Shown piece after piece: positions 30,439 to 39,927 of a stretch of DNA of 64,000 nucleotides. The stretch spans positions 17,338-81,337 of the IMG/VR virus record IMGVR_UViG_3300020050_005398; one strand, written 5' to 3'. A model generated the notes under the pieces. It was given only the letters and a program-made list of their open reading frames with translations, was not told the DNA's origin and did not search any database. This DNA is from a virus (taxonomy: Duplodnaviria; Caudoviricetes). Position 1 is the stretch's first letter, and the number at the start of each line of letters is the position of its first letter. The translations under genes and the position numbers were made by a program.

Positions 30439-30813
30439 ATGCAACGTTTGCAGCTTGAAGTAGGTAAAACTTACGTTAATCGTGCTGGTAGTCTTGTGAC
30501 AATCATTGCTTACGAATACAACCGTAACTATCAGTTTAAAGGTAATAACTTCAGGACTTACAATAGCCTTGGTGAGTATCTTGTTGATGCTGCTGGTCAC
30601 GAGTTTGATCTTATTGAAGAATACAAACTCCCGGTACAACCTTCAGTACAACCAACAAAACAACTGCCAGATATTATTGATCCTGTAATCAACAAAATGT
30701 GCTGGGATATGGTTAAAGTAATTGGAAGTAAAGATTGGTTCAACGAACTGAAACCAGCGTTGTATGAAGCATTGAAACGCTACCATAAAGAATATTTGGA
30801 CAAGACAGAATGA
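30439..30813 (+). CDS. Hypothetical protein with repeated beta-domain and QP linker
   Basis: LEVGKTYVNRAG...DLIEE; DNA blocks shared with 36615..36935. Confidence 0.6.
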   Translation: MQRLQLEVGKTYVNRAGSLVTIIAYEYNRNYQFKGNNFRTYNSLGEYLVDAAGHEFDLIEEYKLPVQPSVQPTKQLPDIIDPVINKMCWDMVKVIGSKDWFNELKPALYEALKRYHKEYLDKTE

Positions 30814-31001
30814 ACCTCGATGACATAACCATAGGTTGTAAAGTGCGTTGCAACATCGTTGATTATCCGGTAGATTCACTTGAAGAAAATAAAGTCTATA
30901 CCGTAGCAGAAATCAACCAAACTTACGCTACAATCAAGCTCAAGGAACTGCAATACTGGTATAAACCGTTTAGGTTTTCACTTGTAGTTTCTATAAAGTA
31001 A
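30810..31001 (+). CDS. Hypothetical protein
   Basis: Overlaps upstream stop. Confidence 0.5.
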   Translation: MNLDDITIGCKVRCNIVDYPVDSLEENKVYTVAEINQTYATIKLKELQYWYKPFRFSLVVSIK

Positions 31002-31025
31002 CTTTTCTTATTTAAGGAGATTTTT

Positions 31026-31202
31026 ATGGCTTATATTCTTGTTCTTTTTGCTCATGTAGGGGTGATGGGAAGCGGTAATAGCAATTCACTGGCAATGCAC
31101 CAGTTTTCATCTGAGCAAACTTGCAAAGTAGCTGGGGAAGCTGCAATGAAACTTTCGATGGGTTCTACGAAAGAAATTACGTTTGTTTGTGTTAAGCAAT
31201 AA
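31026..31202 (+). CDS. Small secreted/membrane protein with Cys pair (58 aa, not in ORF track)
   Basis: AAGGAG SD; MAYILVLFAHVG...FSSEQTCKVAG...FVCVKQ. Confidence 0.55.
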   Translation: MAYILVLFAHVGVMGSGNSNSLAMHQFSSEQTCKVAGEAAMKLSMGSTKEITFVCVKQ

Positions 31203-31218
31203 ATCTTAGGAGTAAATT

Positions 31219-31686
31219 ATGATTGAAGTTAAAGTCGGTTGCAGCTATGTCACAAACAGCGGTAATGTTGTTAAAATCGTATCAGATGATGGCGATACAG
31301 CATGCCCTGGGTTTATTACTACAGATGGTTACATTTACAACCAACACGGATACTTGTTTGGGTATGAGTATGATGAAGAACCAAGGAGAATTATTAAAGA
31401 GGTTGCATTCAATCTTACTCATACCGACATCCAACTCCTGCGTAATACTTTGGTTGAACGCTTGAACAACCTTGAGTTTCTTATTCAGGATAATAAGGAG
31501 TTGAGTCAGACGTACTATAAATCAGCTACTCCAGATTCTGAGTGGGGTATTGAAGCGTTTCACGAACTGAATAAGTGCAAAGATTCTATTCGTTACTGCA
31601 AGAAGGAACGTAAGCGTATTGCTGAACTGCTGCGTAAACTTAAGAAACAGCAAGCAGAGATTCTGCGGAATACTGCTAAGGTTTAA
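31219..31686 (+). CDS. Hypothetical protein with repeated beta-domain
   Basis: IEVKVGCSYVTNSGNVVKIV. Confidence 0.55.
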   Translation: MIEVKVGCSYVTNSGNVVKIVSDDGDTACPGFITTDGYIYNQHGYLFGYEYDEEPRRIIKEVAFNLTHTDIQLLRNTLVERLNNLEFLIQDNKELSQTYYKSATPDSEWGIEAFHELNKCKDSIRYCKKERKRIAELLRKLKKQQAEILRNTAKV

Positions 31687-31699
31687 CTAGGGAGTTACC

Positions 31700-31882
31700 A
31701 TGAATGATTTTTTAGAGTCTATCGTTGCACTTATGGTGGTAAGTTTGATTGCTTTCTTCTTCTATACGGTAGGCGGCATTGTTGGGATGGGAAAAGGTCG
31801 TGAACAAGTGTTCAACGGTAGTTATGCTTGCATGAAACTTCCAGATAACACAACGTATTGCTACAAGGTTGAAGCGAAATGA
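31700..31882 (+). CDS. Small membrane protein
   Basis: One TM helix; GGAG SD. Confidence 0.5.
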   Translation: MNDFLESIVALMVVSLIAFFFYTVGGIVGMGKGREQVFNGSYACMKLPDNTTYCYKVEAK

Positions 31883-32148
31883 ATCTATCAGACCCTGACT
31901 TTGAATGGAAACGTAGAAAACTGCCGTTGAATGTTTTTGTATTCCCTGAACTAGAGGGTGGTTTTTGGCATGAAACTACTAAGACCTTTAGATTCAGAGA
32001 CGGTACGTTTTATACTGGTTTTGATGTACAAGTTCACAATATGGAAGAAGAATACAAACGGGAGAAACGTAGGCTTGAACTTGAAGAAGCCGGTATCAAG
32101 GTTGGAATATCTTTTCTATCAATGGAACCTTTAGGTGGTGGGTTTTAA
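31879..32148 (+). CDS. Hypothetical protein
   Basis: Collinear. Confidence 0.5.
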   Translation: MNLSDPDFEWKRRKLPLNVFVFPELEGGFWHETTKTFRFRDGTFYTGFDVQVHNMEEEYKREKRRLELEEAGIKVGISFLSMEPLGGGF

Positions 32149-32149
32149 G

Positions 32150-32236
32150 GAGTTATTTCTCGTCAGGCTACCTAAGTATCAACCTATTGATTTAAATCGC
32201 TTGTAGCGAGATACAAGAGACTTCCTGACGTATTCC
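32150..32236 (+). repeat. Dispersed intergenic double-palindrome repeat, copy C
   Basis: GTTATTTCTCGTCAGGCTACCTAAGTATCAACCTATTGATTTAAATCGCTTGTAGCGAGAT. Confidence 0.8.
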
Positions 32237-32259
32237 TGCAAGCATAACTTGGAGTAAGT

Positions 32260-32658
32260 ATGAAGAATGATAAATTCATAGTTCAAATATTTGGTAATAG
32301 CTTTCTAGTAGCTAGTCTTACTACTGCTTGGTGTAACTGCTCAGATACAGACGAGAGTCATTTCAGCTTCGGTGTATTTGGCATAGAACCAGAGCAATTT
32401 TGCTGTGCTGTAGACTCTATTATTGAAGAAAGGTACAACCACAAGACTTACTACGACAGTACGCACATTGAACTTTCAGCAGGAAGAATCAGTGACAAGA
32501 TTACGTTCATGCGCGATTGCAACCAATTGAGTATCAACCGTGGTGGTATGCGTGTAATGTACTACGGTTCAGTAGAACGGTTGGTTGGTATGACTGAAGC
32601 TATCCGCAAGGAATACAAGAAATATATGCAGAAACTTGAGAAAGAACTAAATGCCTGA
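32260..32658 (+). CDS. Hypothetical protein
   Basis: GGAG SD, collinear. Confidence 0.55.
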   Translation: MKNDKFIVQIFGNSFLVASLTTAWCNCSDTDESHFSFGVFGIEPEQFCCAVDSIIEERYNHKTYYDSTHIELSAGRISDKITFMRDCNQLSINRGGMRVMYYGSVERLVGMTEAIRKEYKKYMQKLEKELNA

Positions 32659-33070
32659 TATTACATCCCTACATTCTGTGTATATGCAAACAGCCATCCT
32701 GCATTCGGAGCTTTCCAAAGCACGTAGAGCAAAGGTGGGTGCTTGTCTAGTTACAGCCACAGGTACAATCATCCCTGCGTACAATGGTACACCAACAGGT
32801 GCTGACAATAATTGCGAAGATGATATTGACGGTATTCTGGTAACTAAACCTGAAGTTATTCATGCTGAACTTGGTTGTATATTGAAGTGCGCTAAAGAAG
32901 GTATCAACACAACAGGGGCTAGTGTGTATGTATCCTTGTCGCCTTGCTTGCGTTGTTCTGCAATGCTAGTTCAAGCAGGTATCAAAAAAGTTTACTACCG
33001 CAACGCATACAGGGAGTCAGATGGTGTATCATACCTGAAAGCAAACGGTGTAGAAGTACAGCAGATTTAA
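32651..33070 (+). CDS. dCMP deaminase (ComEB-like)
   Basis: KVGACLV, YNG, HAE and SPCLRC motifs. Confidence 0.9.
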   Translation: MPDITSLHSVYMQTAILHSELSKARRAKVGACLVTATGTIIPAYNGTPTGADNNCEDDIDGILVTKPEVIHAELGCILKCAKEGINTTGASVYVSLSPCLRCSAMLVQAGIKKVYYRNAYRESDGVSYLKANGVEVQQI

Positions 33071-33088
33071 CTTTAGAAGGAACATAAA

Positions 33089-34177
33089 ATGACCCGCAAA
33101 ATGGCAAGTATCCGTGAAATTGAAGAAATTAAAGCTATTGATGGTGCTGATAGTATTGAAGCAGCACGTATCGGTGGTTGGTATGTTGTAGTTAAGAAAT
33201 CAGATAACTATAATGTGAATGACAAAGTAATTTACTGCGAGATTGACTCGTGGGTTCCAACTTCAGTAGCTCCGTTTTTGACTAAACCTGAGCATTTCCC
33301 AAAGGAATATAACGGTATTAAAGGTGAGCGTTTGCGTACCGTAAAACTTCGTGGACAGCTTTCTCAGGGATTGATTCTTCCGTTGTCAATTATGGGTGAC
33401 GAATACTACAAAGATCGTAGTGAACGTGGATTGAAGAACTGCTGGGTTAAACCTATCGGTGATACGTTCATTGGAGCTACCGATGAAATCGGTGCTGACG
33501 TAAGTCAATATCTCGGAATTTCCAAATGGGAGCTACCAGAAGTTAAGCACGCAGATGCTAAGGGTAACTTTCCGCATTTCTTCCCAAAGACAGATCAAGA
33601 ACGTATCCAGAATTGTTTCAAGGATGTTAAACGTCAGGATAACCAACTGTACTACGTAGAGGAGAAAATAGACGGAAGTTCGCACAGTGCATACCTGTAC
33701 GATGGTGCATTCGGTGTATGCAGTCGTAACCTTGAATTGAAAGATTCGAATAACACATTCTGGAATAATGCTCGCAACTACAAGCTAGAAGAAATCCTAC
33801 GTTCTGAAGGTAAGAACTTAGTTATTCAATCAGAGCAGATTGGTACTGGTATTAACGGTAATATCTACGGATTGAATGGTTTTGCGTTGGTTACGTTTGA
33901 TATTTTTGATATTGATAAGCAGAAGTATTACAGCACGGAAGAACGTAATTTGTTCTGCAAGAAACACAACCTGACTATTCCTCCTGTTGTTTCTGAAAGT
34001 TTTGATGTGCAGAGTGTTGAGCAAGTACAGACTCTGCTAGAATACGCTGACGGTGATACGAAAGTTCAAGGAAGCAAGAAAACTGCTCGTGAAGGTTTGA
34101 TCTTCCGTAGCCATTCTGACAAGCGATTCACCTTCAAAGCAATCTCAAATAAATGGTTGCTAAAACACAACGGTTAA
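33089..34177 (+). CDS. RNA ligase (Rnl2 / DRB0094-type)
   Basis: EEKIDGSS (motif I), REGLIFR, FKAISNKWLLK; N-terminal OB-like domain. Confidence 0.87.
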   Translation: MTRKMASIREIEEIKAIDGADSIEAARIGGWYVVVKKSDNYNVNDKVIYCEIDSWVPTSVAPFLTKPEHFPKEYNGIKGERLRTVKLRGQLSQGLILPLSIMGDEYYKDRSERGLKNCWVKPIGDTFIGATDEIGADVSQYLGISKWELPEVKHADAKGNFPHFFPKTDQERIQNCFKDVKRQDNQLYYVEEKIDGSSHSAYLYDGAFGVCSRNLELKDSNNTFWNNARNYKLEEILRSEGKNLVIQSEQIGTGINGNIYGLNGFALVTFDIFDIDKQKYYSTEERNLFCKKHNLTIPPVVSESFDVQSVEQVQTLLEYADGDTKVQGSKKTAREGLIFRSHSDKRFTFKAISNKWLLKHNG

Positions 34178-34217
34178 CAAGGAAGTAAATCAGAAGATTT
34201 ACGATAAGGAGTAACGT

Positions 34218-34436
34218 ATGAATCAACCCAAATTCAAACCCGGTCAACAATGGTTGTCACGCGATGGTAAACACAAGTTTCACATCATGACTATTAACGA
34301 TAACTACGTCAATGGTGTTTTTATTCATGGTGATTGTGTTGGTATTAGACTCTGGTTTTATGCTGATAATGGAAGATTCTGTCACAATATTGAATGTGAT
34401 TACGACATTGTAACTTTGAGTAAGGATGTAGAATGA
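34218..34436 (+). CDS. Hypothetical protein (repeated beta-domain only)
   Basis: FKPGQQWLSRDG...YADNG...DIV. Confidence 0.55.
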   Translation: MNQPKFKPGQQWLSRDGKHKFHIMTINDNYVNGVFIHGDCVGIRLWFYADNGRFCHNIECDYDIVTLSKDVE

Positions 34437-35914
34437 TTTACTTTACTTCGGATATTCACCACAGACACAAACGTATCTGTGAAATTACAGACCGACATAA
34501 AGTTGTAGATCAAGCTCAACATGATGAATGGTTGATTGAACTCTGGAACCGTCAAGTAACAAAGCAAGATACTGTGTATCATCTTGGAGATTTCAGCTTT
34601 GCTTCAAAATATGAAGACGTTGCTGCGTTTACAACAAGGCTCAATGGTGCTATTTTCTTGTTGAAAGGTAATCACGATAAAACCGACAATTTGAATAAGC
34701 TGAAAAGTAACAACCTAATTCAGCACTGGTACGATTACAAGGAAATCCAGATTAGAGGTATCACTACCTGTATGTTTCACTTTCCAATTTCAAGTTGGCA
34801 CAAGCAGCATTACGGTAGTTTCTGCCTTCATGGTCACTGTGTGGACTATGAAACAGAGGTTCTAACCTCAACAGGTTTCAAAAGTAGGCATAAGTTATCT
34901 AAGGAAGATAAAGTTTGTACTTACAACAGTTCCACCAAAGAATACGAATACTCAAAGATAAACTCTATTATAGATACAACACACTCTGGTAAGGTTTATT
35001 CTTATGACGGAAAATCTGTGAATTTCAGGGTAACAGATAGACATACAATTGTTGGCTTAAATATTACATCGGGGGAGTATTTTGAAACAGAAGCATCCAG
35101 ACTACCTAGTGTCTTTAAAGTTATAACAAGTGCAATTGCTAACAATAAAGGTACAGGTCTGTCCAGAAGTTTATTGGCTCTATATATTTTAATAGCTGCT
35201 GATGGTTCAATTAAAACAACCACTAATCTTGTTAGAATCAGAATTAAAAAGAAGCATAAAATAGAATACCTAACAAAAATCCTCTGTGATCTTAAATTAA
35301 AATATAACACATACAACTCTTGTGGGTATTCATCTTTTAATTTCTATATTCCAGATGAACTGAAGGGTTTTGAAATCAAGGGGTTAGACATTCATGTTTT
35401 AAATGCAAATCAATACGAAGCTGAAACCATTGTAGAAGCATACCGCAATTCTGATGGTGCAAAACAAAAGAATGGCGTTATAATTTATACAGCAAAGAAG
35501 ATAGAATATGACATACTTCAGGCATTATTTGTGCAGAACGGGTATATGGTTACAGGGTATAGTAGGTTTCATGGTTTTGGGCAGAACATTCAGTACCAAC
35601 TATCTGTAACTAAAAATTCTACGCAGATTGTTCAAAGTCATAAAGTAGTTGAAGAATATGTAGAAGATGAAAAATTCTGGTGCCTTACAACAAACAATCA
35701 GAACTTTGTTATGAGACGTAACGGTAGAGTACATTTGACAGGTAACAGCCACGGAAATCACTCAGGTAGTGGTAAGCTACTAGACGTTGGTCTTGACAGC
35801 GCATACAATATCCTTGGTGAACACAGACTGTTTACTCAAGATGAAATCTACGAAATTCTTTCAAATAAGCAGGTTACAATCAACGATTCTCACCGAAAGG
35901 AAAAGACCCCATGA
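34433..35914 (+). CDS. Metallophosphoesterase containing an intein (190 aa after splicing)
   Basis: YFTSDIH, YHLGDF, KGNHD and LHGH|SHG motifs; last motif split by the intein. Confidence 0.88.
   Translation: MIYFTSDIHHRHKRICEITDRHKVVDQAQHDEWLIELWNRQVTKQDTVYHLGDFSFASKYEDVAAFTTRLNGAIFLLKGNHDKTDNLNKLKSNNLIQHWYDYKEIQIRGITTCMFHFPISSWHKQHYGSFCLHGHCVDYETEVLTSTGFKSRHKLSKEDKVCTYNSSTKEYEYSKINSIIDTTHSGKVYSYDGKSVNFRVTDRHTIVGLNITSGEYFETEASRLPSVFKVITSAIANNKGTGLSRSLLALYILIAADGSIKTTTNLVRIRIKKKHKIEYLTKILCDLKLKYNTYNSCGYSSFNFYIPDELKGFEIKGLDIHVLNANQYEAETIVEAYRNSDGAKQKNGVIIYTAKKIEYDILQALFVQNGYMVTGYSRFHGFGQNIQYQLSVTKNSTQIVQSHKVVEEYVEDEKFWCLTTNNQNFVMRRNGRVHLTGNSHGNHSGSGKLLDVGLDSAYNILGEHRLFTQDEIYEILSNKQVTINDSHRKEKTP
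34838..35746 (+). mobile_element. Intein (303 aa) with LAGLIDADG-type endonuclease
   Basis: Starts C(VDYETEV); block B VTDRH; LYILIAADGS and YRNSDG endonuclease motifs; ends TGN followed by Ser+1. Confidence 0.9.
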
Positions 35915-36038
35915 ACTTCCCACGTATTCGCCTAGTATGGCAATCACCGTTGTTCTTCTATAATTCAGGATTGTTCCTGAAGATTAACAACAAAAGGTAT
36001 CGCTTGTTCAACGCAGATTTTATGAAAGGTATGTAACC

Positions 36039-36236
36039 ATGAAAATCAAAATTCAATCTAGTCTTGGTGTTATTACTTCAGACGAACTTATAAATAATTC
36101 CATGCAAGAAGTATGGGATTTAGTTAGAAACGCTGCTTCTGGTGAACTTACTCACATGAGATTTAAAGTAAAAGATATGTGGACTTACATTCCAAGTAAT
36201 GTTCTCATCAATTCTGTAATTACAATCATTGAATAA
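36039..36236 (+). CDS. Hypothetical protein
   Basis: Collinear. Confidence 0.5.
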   Translation: MKIKIQSSLGVITSDELINNSMQEVWDLVRNAASGELTHMRFKVKDMWTYIPSNVLINSVITIIE

Positions 36237-36239
36237 CGC

Positions 36240-36611
36240 ATGCCAACGCTCAACAAAACAGCTCTCGTAGAACTCGTATCTACTAAATCCAAGGTAGAAT
36301 CTTCGGTAGGCTATCACAAGTACGAAGTAAAGGAAATCATCGAGCATTTCCTTGAAGTAATCCGAGATAGTCTTATTGAAGGTACTGACATTGATCTTGA
36401 AGGTGTACTCAAGACTACAACCAAGCCTACTAATGCTCGAAGAATTTGGGATGCTAACCAAAGTAAGTACGTTGAGTATCCTGCTTCGATGAAAACTTCT
36501 GTTCAACTGCATGTTTCTCTGAAAAATAAAATAAAGCAGGGACTGAAGGATAGACAGAAGGAAAATGATGATAGAATCAAGGCTTCGCAACTTAGTTTGG
36601 AACGGGAGTAA
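36240..36611 (+). CDS. HU/IHF-like DNA-binding protein
   Basis: LNKTALVELVS...IIEHFLEVIRDSLIEG..IDLEG...ARR pattern. Confidence 0.7.
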   Translation: MPTLNKTALVELVSTKSKVESSVGYHKYEVKEIIEHFLEVIRDSLIEGTDIDLEGVLKTTTKPTNARRIWDANQSKYVEYPASMKTSVQLHVSLKNKIKQGLKDRQKENDDRIKASQLSLERE

Positions 36612-36614
36612 TTT

Positions 36615-36935
36615 ATGCAACTTGAAGTAGGTAAAACTTACGTTGATCGTACTGGCTATTTGCATAAAATTGTTAGTCGTGATAACTACAGTGACTTTCC
36701 CTATACAGATGAAGAAAATAATAACTACACCAGATTTGGTAACTTCTTCTATTCTTTAGTAGATGATCTTGACCTTATTGAAGAATATCAACCTTCAGTA
36801 CAACCAACAAAAGCACTTCCACTAGAGCAAGTCAGAGAGATGTGCTCGGAAGCTAATCGCGGGTATTGTATTGAGTTTGAGCACTACTTGAAAGCTGTAC
36901 GTGATACAGAACGCAAACACGGAATTATGGAGTGA
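36615..36935 (+). CDS. Hypothetical protein with repeated beta-domain and QP linker
   Basis: MQLEVGKTYVDRTG...DLIEEYQPSVQPTK. Confidence 0.6.
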   Translation: MQLEVGKTYVDRTGYLHKIVSRDNYSDFPYTDEENNNYTRFGNFFYSLVDDLDLIEEYQPSVQPTKALPLEQVREMCSEANRGYCIEFEHYLKAVRDTERKHGIME

Positions 36936-36938
36936 AAT

Positions 36939-37136
36939 ATGCCAGCACTAACAATCTTTGAAACCTTGGTATTCCTGTGGCTTACCTTTAATACGTTAAT
37001 CCTTGTTTTGCTGTATTACAAGTACAGGAATATTGAAGGTGAACTTGAAGTTAACGGTTATGATGCTTTCTTTGATGAATACGATATTAACGATTATAAA
37101 ATCCAAGGAGTAACCAAAAGTGAATATAGCCGATGA
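36939..37136 (+). CDS. Small membrane protein
   Basis: N-terminal TM helix. Confidence 0.5.
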   Translation: MPALTIFETLVFLWLTFNTLILVLLYYKYRNIEGELEVNGYDAFFDEYDINDYKIQGVTKSEYSR

Positions 37137-37647
37137 ACTTCCAGAAGAACCAAAGCTATCAATCGTAAATAATCTAGGTATTGAAAAGCTACCTAGAATC
37201 TACATGCTAGATTTGGAAGAATGCTACTGCGATGAATCCTTGATTACTTCTATTTGTGAATACGCGAATCATCTCAGGACTTATACGTACTTAGCTCCCG
37301 GATTCTTTTTCTATGGTATTCCGATGAGTCAACTTCAGAAACTCTATGAATATGTTCTGGAAGTACCAGATCAAATCAAGCAGTACAAAGCAGGTAAAAC
37401 CATGAAAGAACTACCTGCGTTACACAATCTGATGATTCTGACGTACTTGCTTGCTCGTTCTGAAGGTGAAGTTGATATTCAGGATGTAGCTCTGAATCAA
37501 CTAAAATACACATGCTTTGCTGTGCAGTTGTTATACTTGCAATCAATCGGTGAAGCTGTAGCGCATATCGAGCGGTATACTGTACTGAAGAACGAGAAGT
37601 TTCCAGAGTGCTATAAACCGTTTGGTAGTCTCATTAGGTCTGTATAG
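37120..37647 (+). CDS. Hypothetical protein
   Basis: GTG start after AAGGAG. Confidence 0.55.
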   Translation: MNIADELPEEPKLSIVNNLGIEKLPRIYMLDLEECYCDESLITSICEYANHLRTYTYLAPGFFFYGIPMSQLQKLYEYVLEVPDQIKQYKAGKTMKELPALHNLMILTYLLARSEGEVDIQDVALNQLKYTCFAVQLLYLQSIGEAVAHIERYTVLKNEKFPECYKPFGSLIRSV

Positions 37648-37656
37648 GAGAATATC

Positions 37657-37950
37657 ATGGGTATTTTTACGGAAGTAAAAGGTGAAGTTAAAATGCTATC
37701 TTGCAGCAAGCTTTCAGTAGAAAAAGCTACGAAAGAAGTATTTGATGCTTATGATGGTTGCTACTCTTGGTTTAGACAAGAAACACTTTCTGGCATCAGG
37801 ATTGTTTACGTTGATTTCAGGTTCTGCTTGGACGGACTAGAAGCTAGTAAATGCGTTGATGAGTACGTTCGTAGCTTAAAAGAAAAGGACAAGTATGTTA
37901 GTGTCGATCTTGAAGTAACAACAAGATTTTCGGATAGAACAGATAAGTAG
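37657..37950 (+). CDS. Hypothetical protein
   Basis: AGGAG SD. Confidence 0.55.
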   Translation: MGIFTEVKGEVKMLSCSKLSVEKATKEVFDAYDGCYSWFRQETLSGIRIVYVDFRFCLDGLEASKCVDEYVRSLKEKDKYVSVDLEVTTRFSDRTDK

Positions 37951-37999
37951 CTAAATTTCTGATAGAATACAAACTATCGCAACACAACAGGAGTCTTAA

Positions 38000-38230
38000 A
38001 TGGCAGCTTACGTATTTATTGGTGGTGAACACAATACTATCAAGTGTTTTTATATTGGGGACAAACCTTCTGAAAAATACAAAGGTATTAAACCAAGTAT
38101 GATCCAAGAGATTCAACTGGATTGTGATGAGCTTGATTATGCTATCAATAACCTTGGTGCAGCCAATGTTAAAAAGCGTGTAGCTAAATACTACGGCGAC
38201 GAAGCCTGCCGTATTTTCTTCAACTGGTAA
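38000..38230 (+). CDS. Hypothetical protein
   Basis: AGGAG SD. Confidence 0.55.
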   Translation: MAAYVFIGGEHNTIKCFYIGDKPSEKYKGIKPSMIQEIQLDCDELDYAINNLGAANVKKRVAKYYGDEACRIFFNW

Positions 38231-38492
38231 CGCAAGTCATACAAATTTCTGATACAATAACCCCGACTTTACGTTCAATATAACTCTCGCCATCTCAACT
38301 TAAAAGGAAACCTAAATGACTACCACAACTACCAACCAAAAGTACACCGTCAAGTTCAACAACGGTGCATGGAAACTGTTCAACAACCACACCTTCACAG
38401 ACGCAGGTATCTACTACCTGAAGCGTGACGCTGATGCTGACTCTAAAGAAATGAACTTGCGGTTTGATTCCAAGAAATAACCAAGGACTAAA

Positions 38493-38828
38493 ATGCGATT
38501 GAAACGATCTGATAAAGTCTATCTGTTTGAAGACGGTAAATTATGCCGTAGTCTTATCGGCAGCGTAGTCAAGACTCGATACAAAGATGCTCTGGTACAA
38601 CTTACATATAACGGTGAAGTAATCCAGAAATGGTTTAAACCTTATGGTAGTACCAGACGGTATCGAGATCATGGTACTCTTGCTGCTTATCTTGCACCAG
38701 CAACCGAGTGGTTTTCTTGGTATACTTGTGTAAGCGAACGAAAATTGAAACGCCAGCTCGGTGATAGTTTTAATCACTACGATATGATTGCTTTTAAGAA
38801 TTCTGTTGCGCACCTTACGAAAGATTAA
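38493..38828 (+). CDS. Hypothetical protein
   Basis: AAGGA SD. Confidence 0.55.
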   Translation: MRLKRSDKVYLFEDGKLCRSLIGSVVKTRYKDALVQLTYNGEVIQKWFKPYGSTRRYRDHGTLAAYLAPATEWFSWYTCVSERKLKRQLGDSFNHYDMIAFKNSVAHLTKD

Positions 38829-38832
38829 TTTT

Positions 38833-38982
38833 ATGCAAATCTCTACTCTCGAAAAAACCAAACGTGAAACCAAGCGTTATACGCATGATGAATACGAAGA
38901 TCGTAATCAAAGAGAACTACAAGAAAAACAACGCAAGAAAGACCTTGCGAAAAAACGCAAAGTAAAGCGGGGTGAAGAATGA
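38833..38982 (+). CDS. Small basic hypothetical protein
   Basis: Start reassigned to ATG 38833. Confidence 0.4.
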   Translation: MQISTLEKTKRETKRYTHDEYEDRNQRELQEKQRKKDLAKKRKVKRGEE

Positions 38983-39167
38983 GTATGAATAAAGCGAATA
39001 GTGTGAATAAAATCTCAAAGTTCTTCTTGCGTGTAATGCTTTCTGTACTTGCGGTACTCGTTAGTATTACCTTCATTGCAATGCTTACGGTAATATATGT
39101 AGTTACTCTACCGTTCATGCTGTGGTATATGACGGTAGATGCTGTAACGAGTGTATGGCGAAACTAA
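38979..39167 (+). CDS. Small membrane protein
   Basis: Long hydrophobic stretch. Confidence 0.5.
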   Translation: MSMNKANSVNKISKFFLRVMLSVLAVLVSITFIAMLTVIYVVTLPFMLWYMTVDAVTSVWRN

Positions 39168-39234
39168 TCACTCAGACGTAAACCTGCTCAACCTACCCTA
39201 ATCCGGTAGGTTTTATCTTTTGTAGAACAGAATT

Positions 39235-39600
39235 ATGAAAATCATCTTAGCTTTCTTACTTTGGTTGTCAACAACAGGGTTTACTCCCGTACAACATACG
39301 TTACAACCAGTCAATACCCACCGTATACAATCTGAATACTCCTGCATAGTTCAAATGCTCTATCACGAAGCTAGAGGTATGAAGAACAAGGATATTGATG
39401 ATGTTCTGTCAGTTGCTTACAACAGAACCAATAGCAGTATCTACCCAAGCTCTTACTGCAAAGTAATCTACCAGAAGAACCAGTATAGTTTTACTCGTAG
39501 ACCTGTCCAGAAGCCTCTAGGAACGCTTGTACGCGATTTAGTTATATCTTGGATAAGTGGCAAGAAGAATTGCATGATCTGGAAAGTATTCAAGGATTAA
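39235..39600 (+). pseudogene. SleB-like cell wall hydrolase (Hydrolase_2), C-terminally truncated
   Basis: Signal peptide, LYHEARG, VAYNR, KVIYQKNQYSF present; C-terminal IGxHxF portion absent. Confidence 0.55.
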
Positions 39601-39720
39601 AAGAAGATATTAAGCAGGTCAAGGATTCAATTGATGTAGAACTTGTTGTTGAACTGTAAGTTAACACTACAGTTATTACCATTTACACAACTAGTTTTCG
39701 TTTACTTCGCAAACTCAACT

Positions 39721-39754
39721 ACCCGGTAATCGAAAGGTTAACCGGGTTTTATTT
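39721..39754 (+). terminator. Intrinsic terminator
   Basis: ACCCGG-TAATCGAAAGGTTAA-CCGGGT followed by a T-tract. Confidence 0.7.
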
Positions 39755-39803
39755 TGTAGTTTTACCTATTAGTTTTAGAATTAATTAGATTTTATTTTTA
39801 ATT

Positions 39804-39927
39804 AAAAACCCGTGGTTAGCTATTTGAATTAAATTTAAAAACCCCTACCTAACTAATTAATTCAACGTAAATTGCTAGAACAAAAAGTAATTTTTAAACA
39901 AAAAACCCTTGGCTAACTATTTGAATT
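39804..39927 (+). repeat. Three AT-rich ~27-bp imperfect direct repeats
   Basis: AAAAACCCGTGGTTAGCTATTTGAATT (39804), AAAAACCCCTACCTAACTAATTAATT (39837), AAAAACCCTTGGCTAACTATTTGAATT (39901). Confidence 0.7.
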
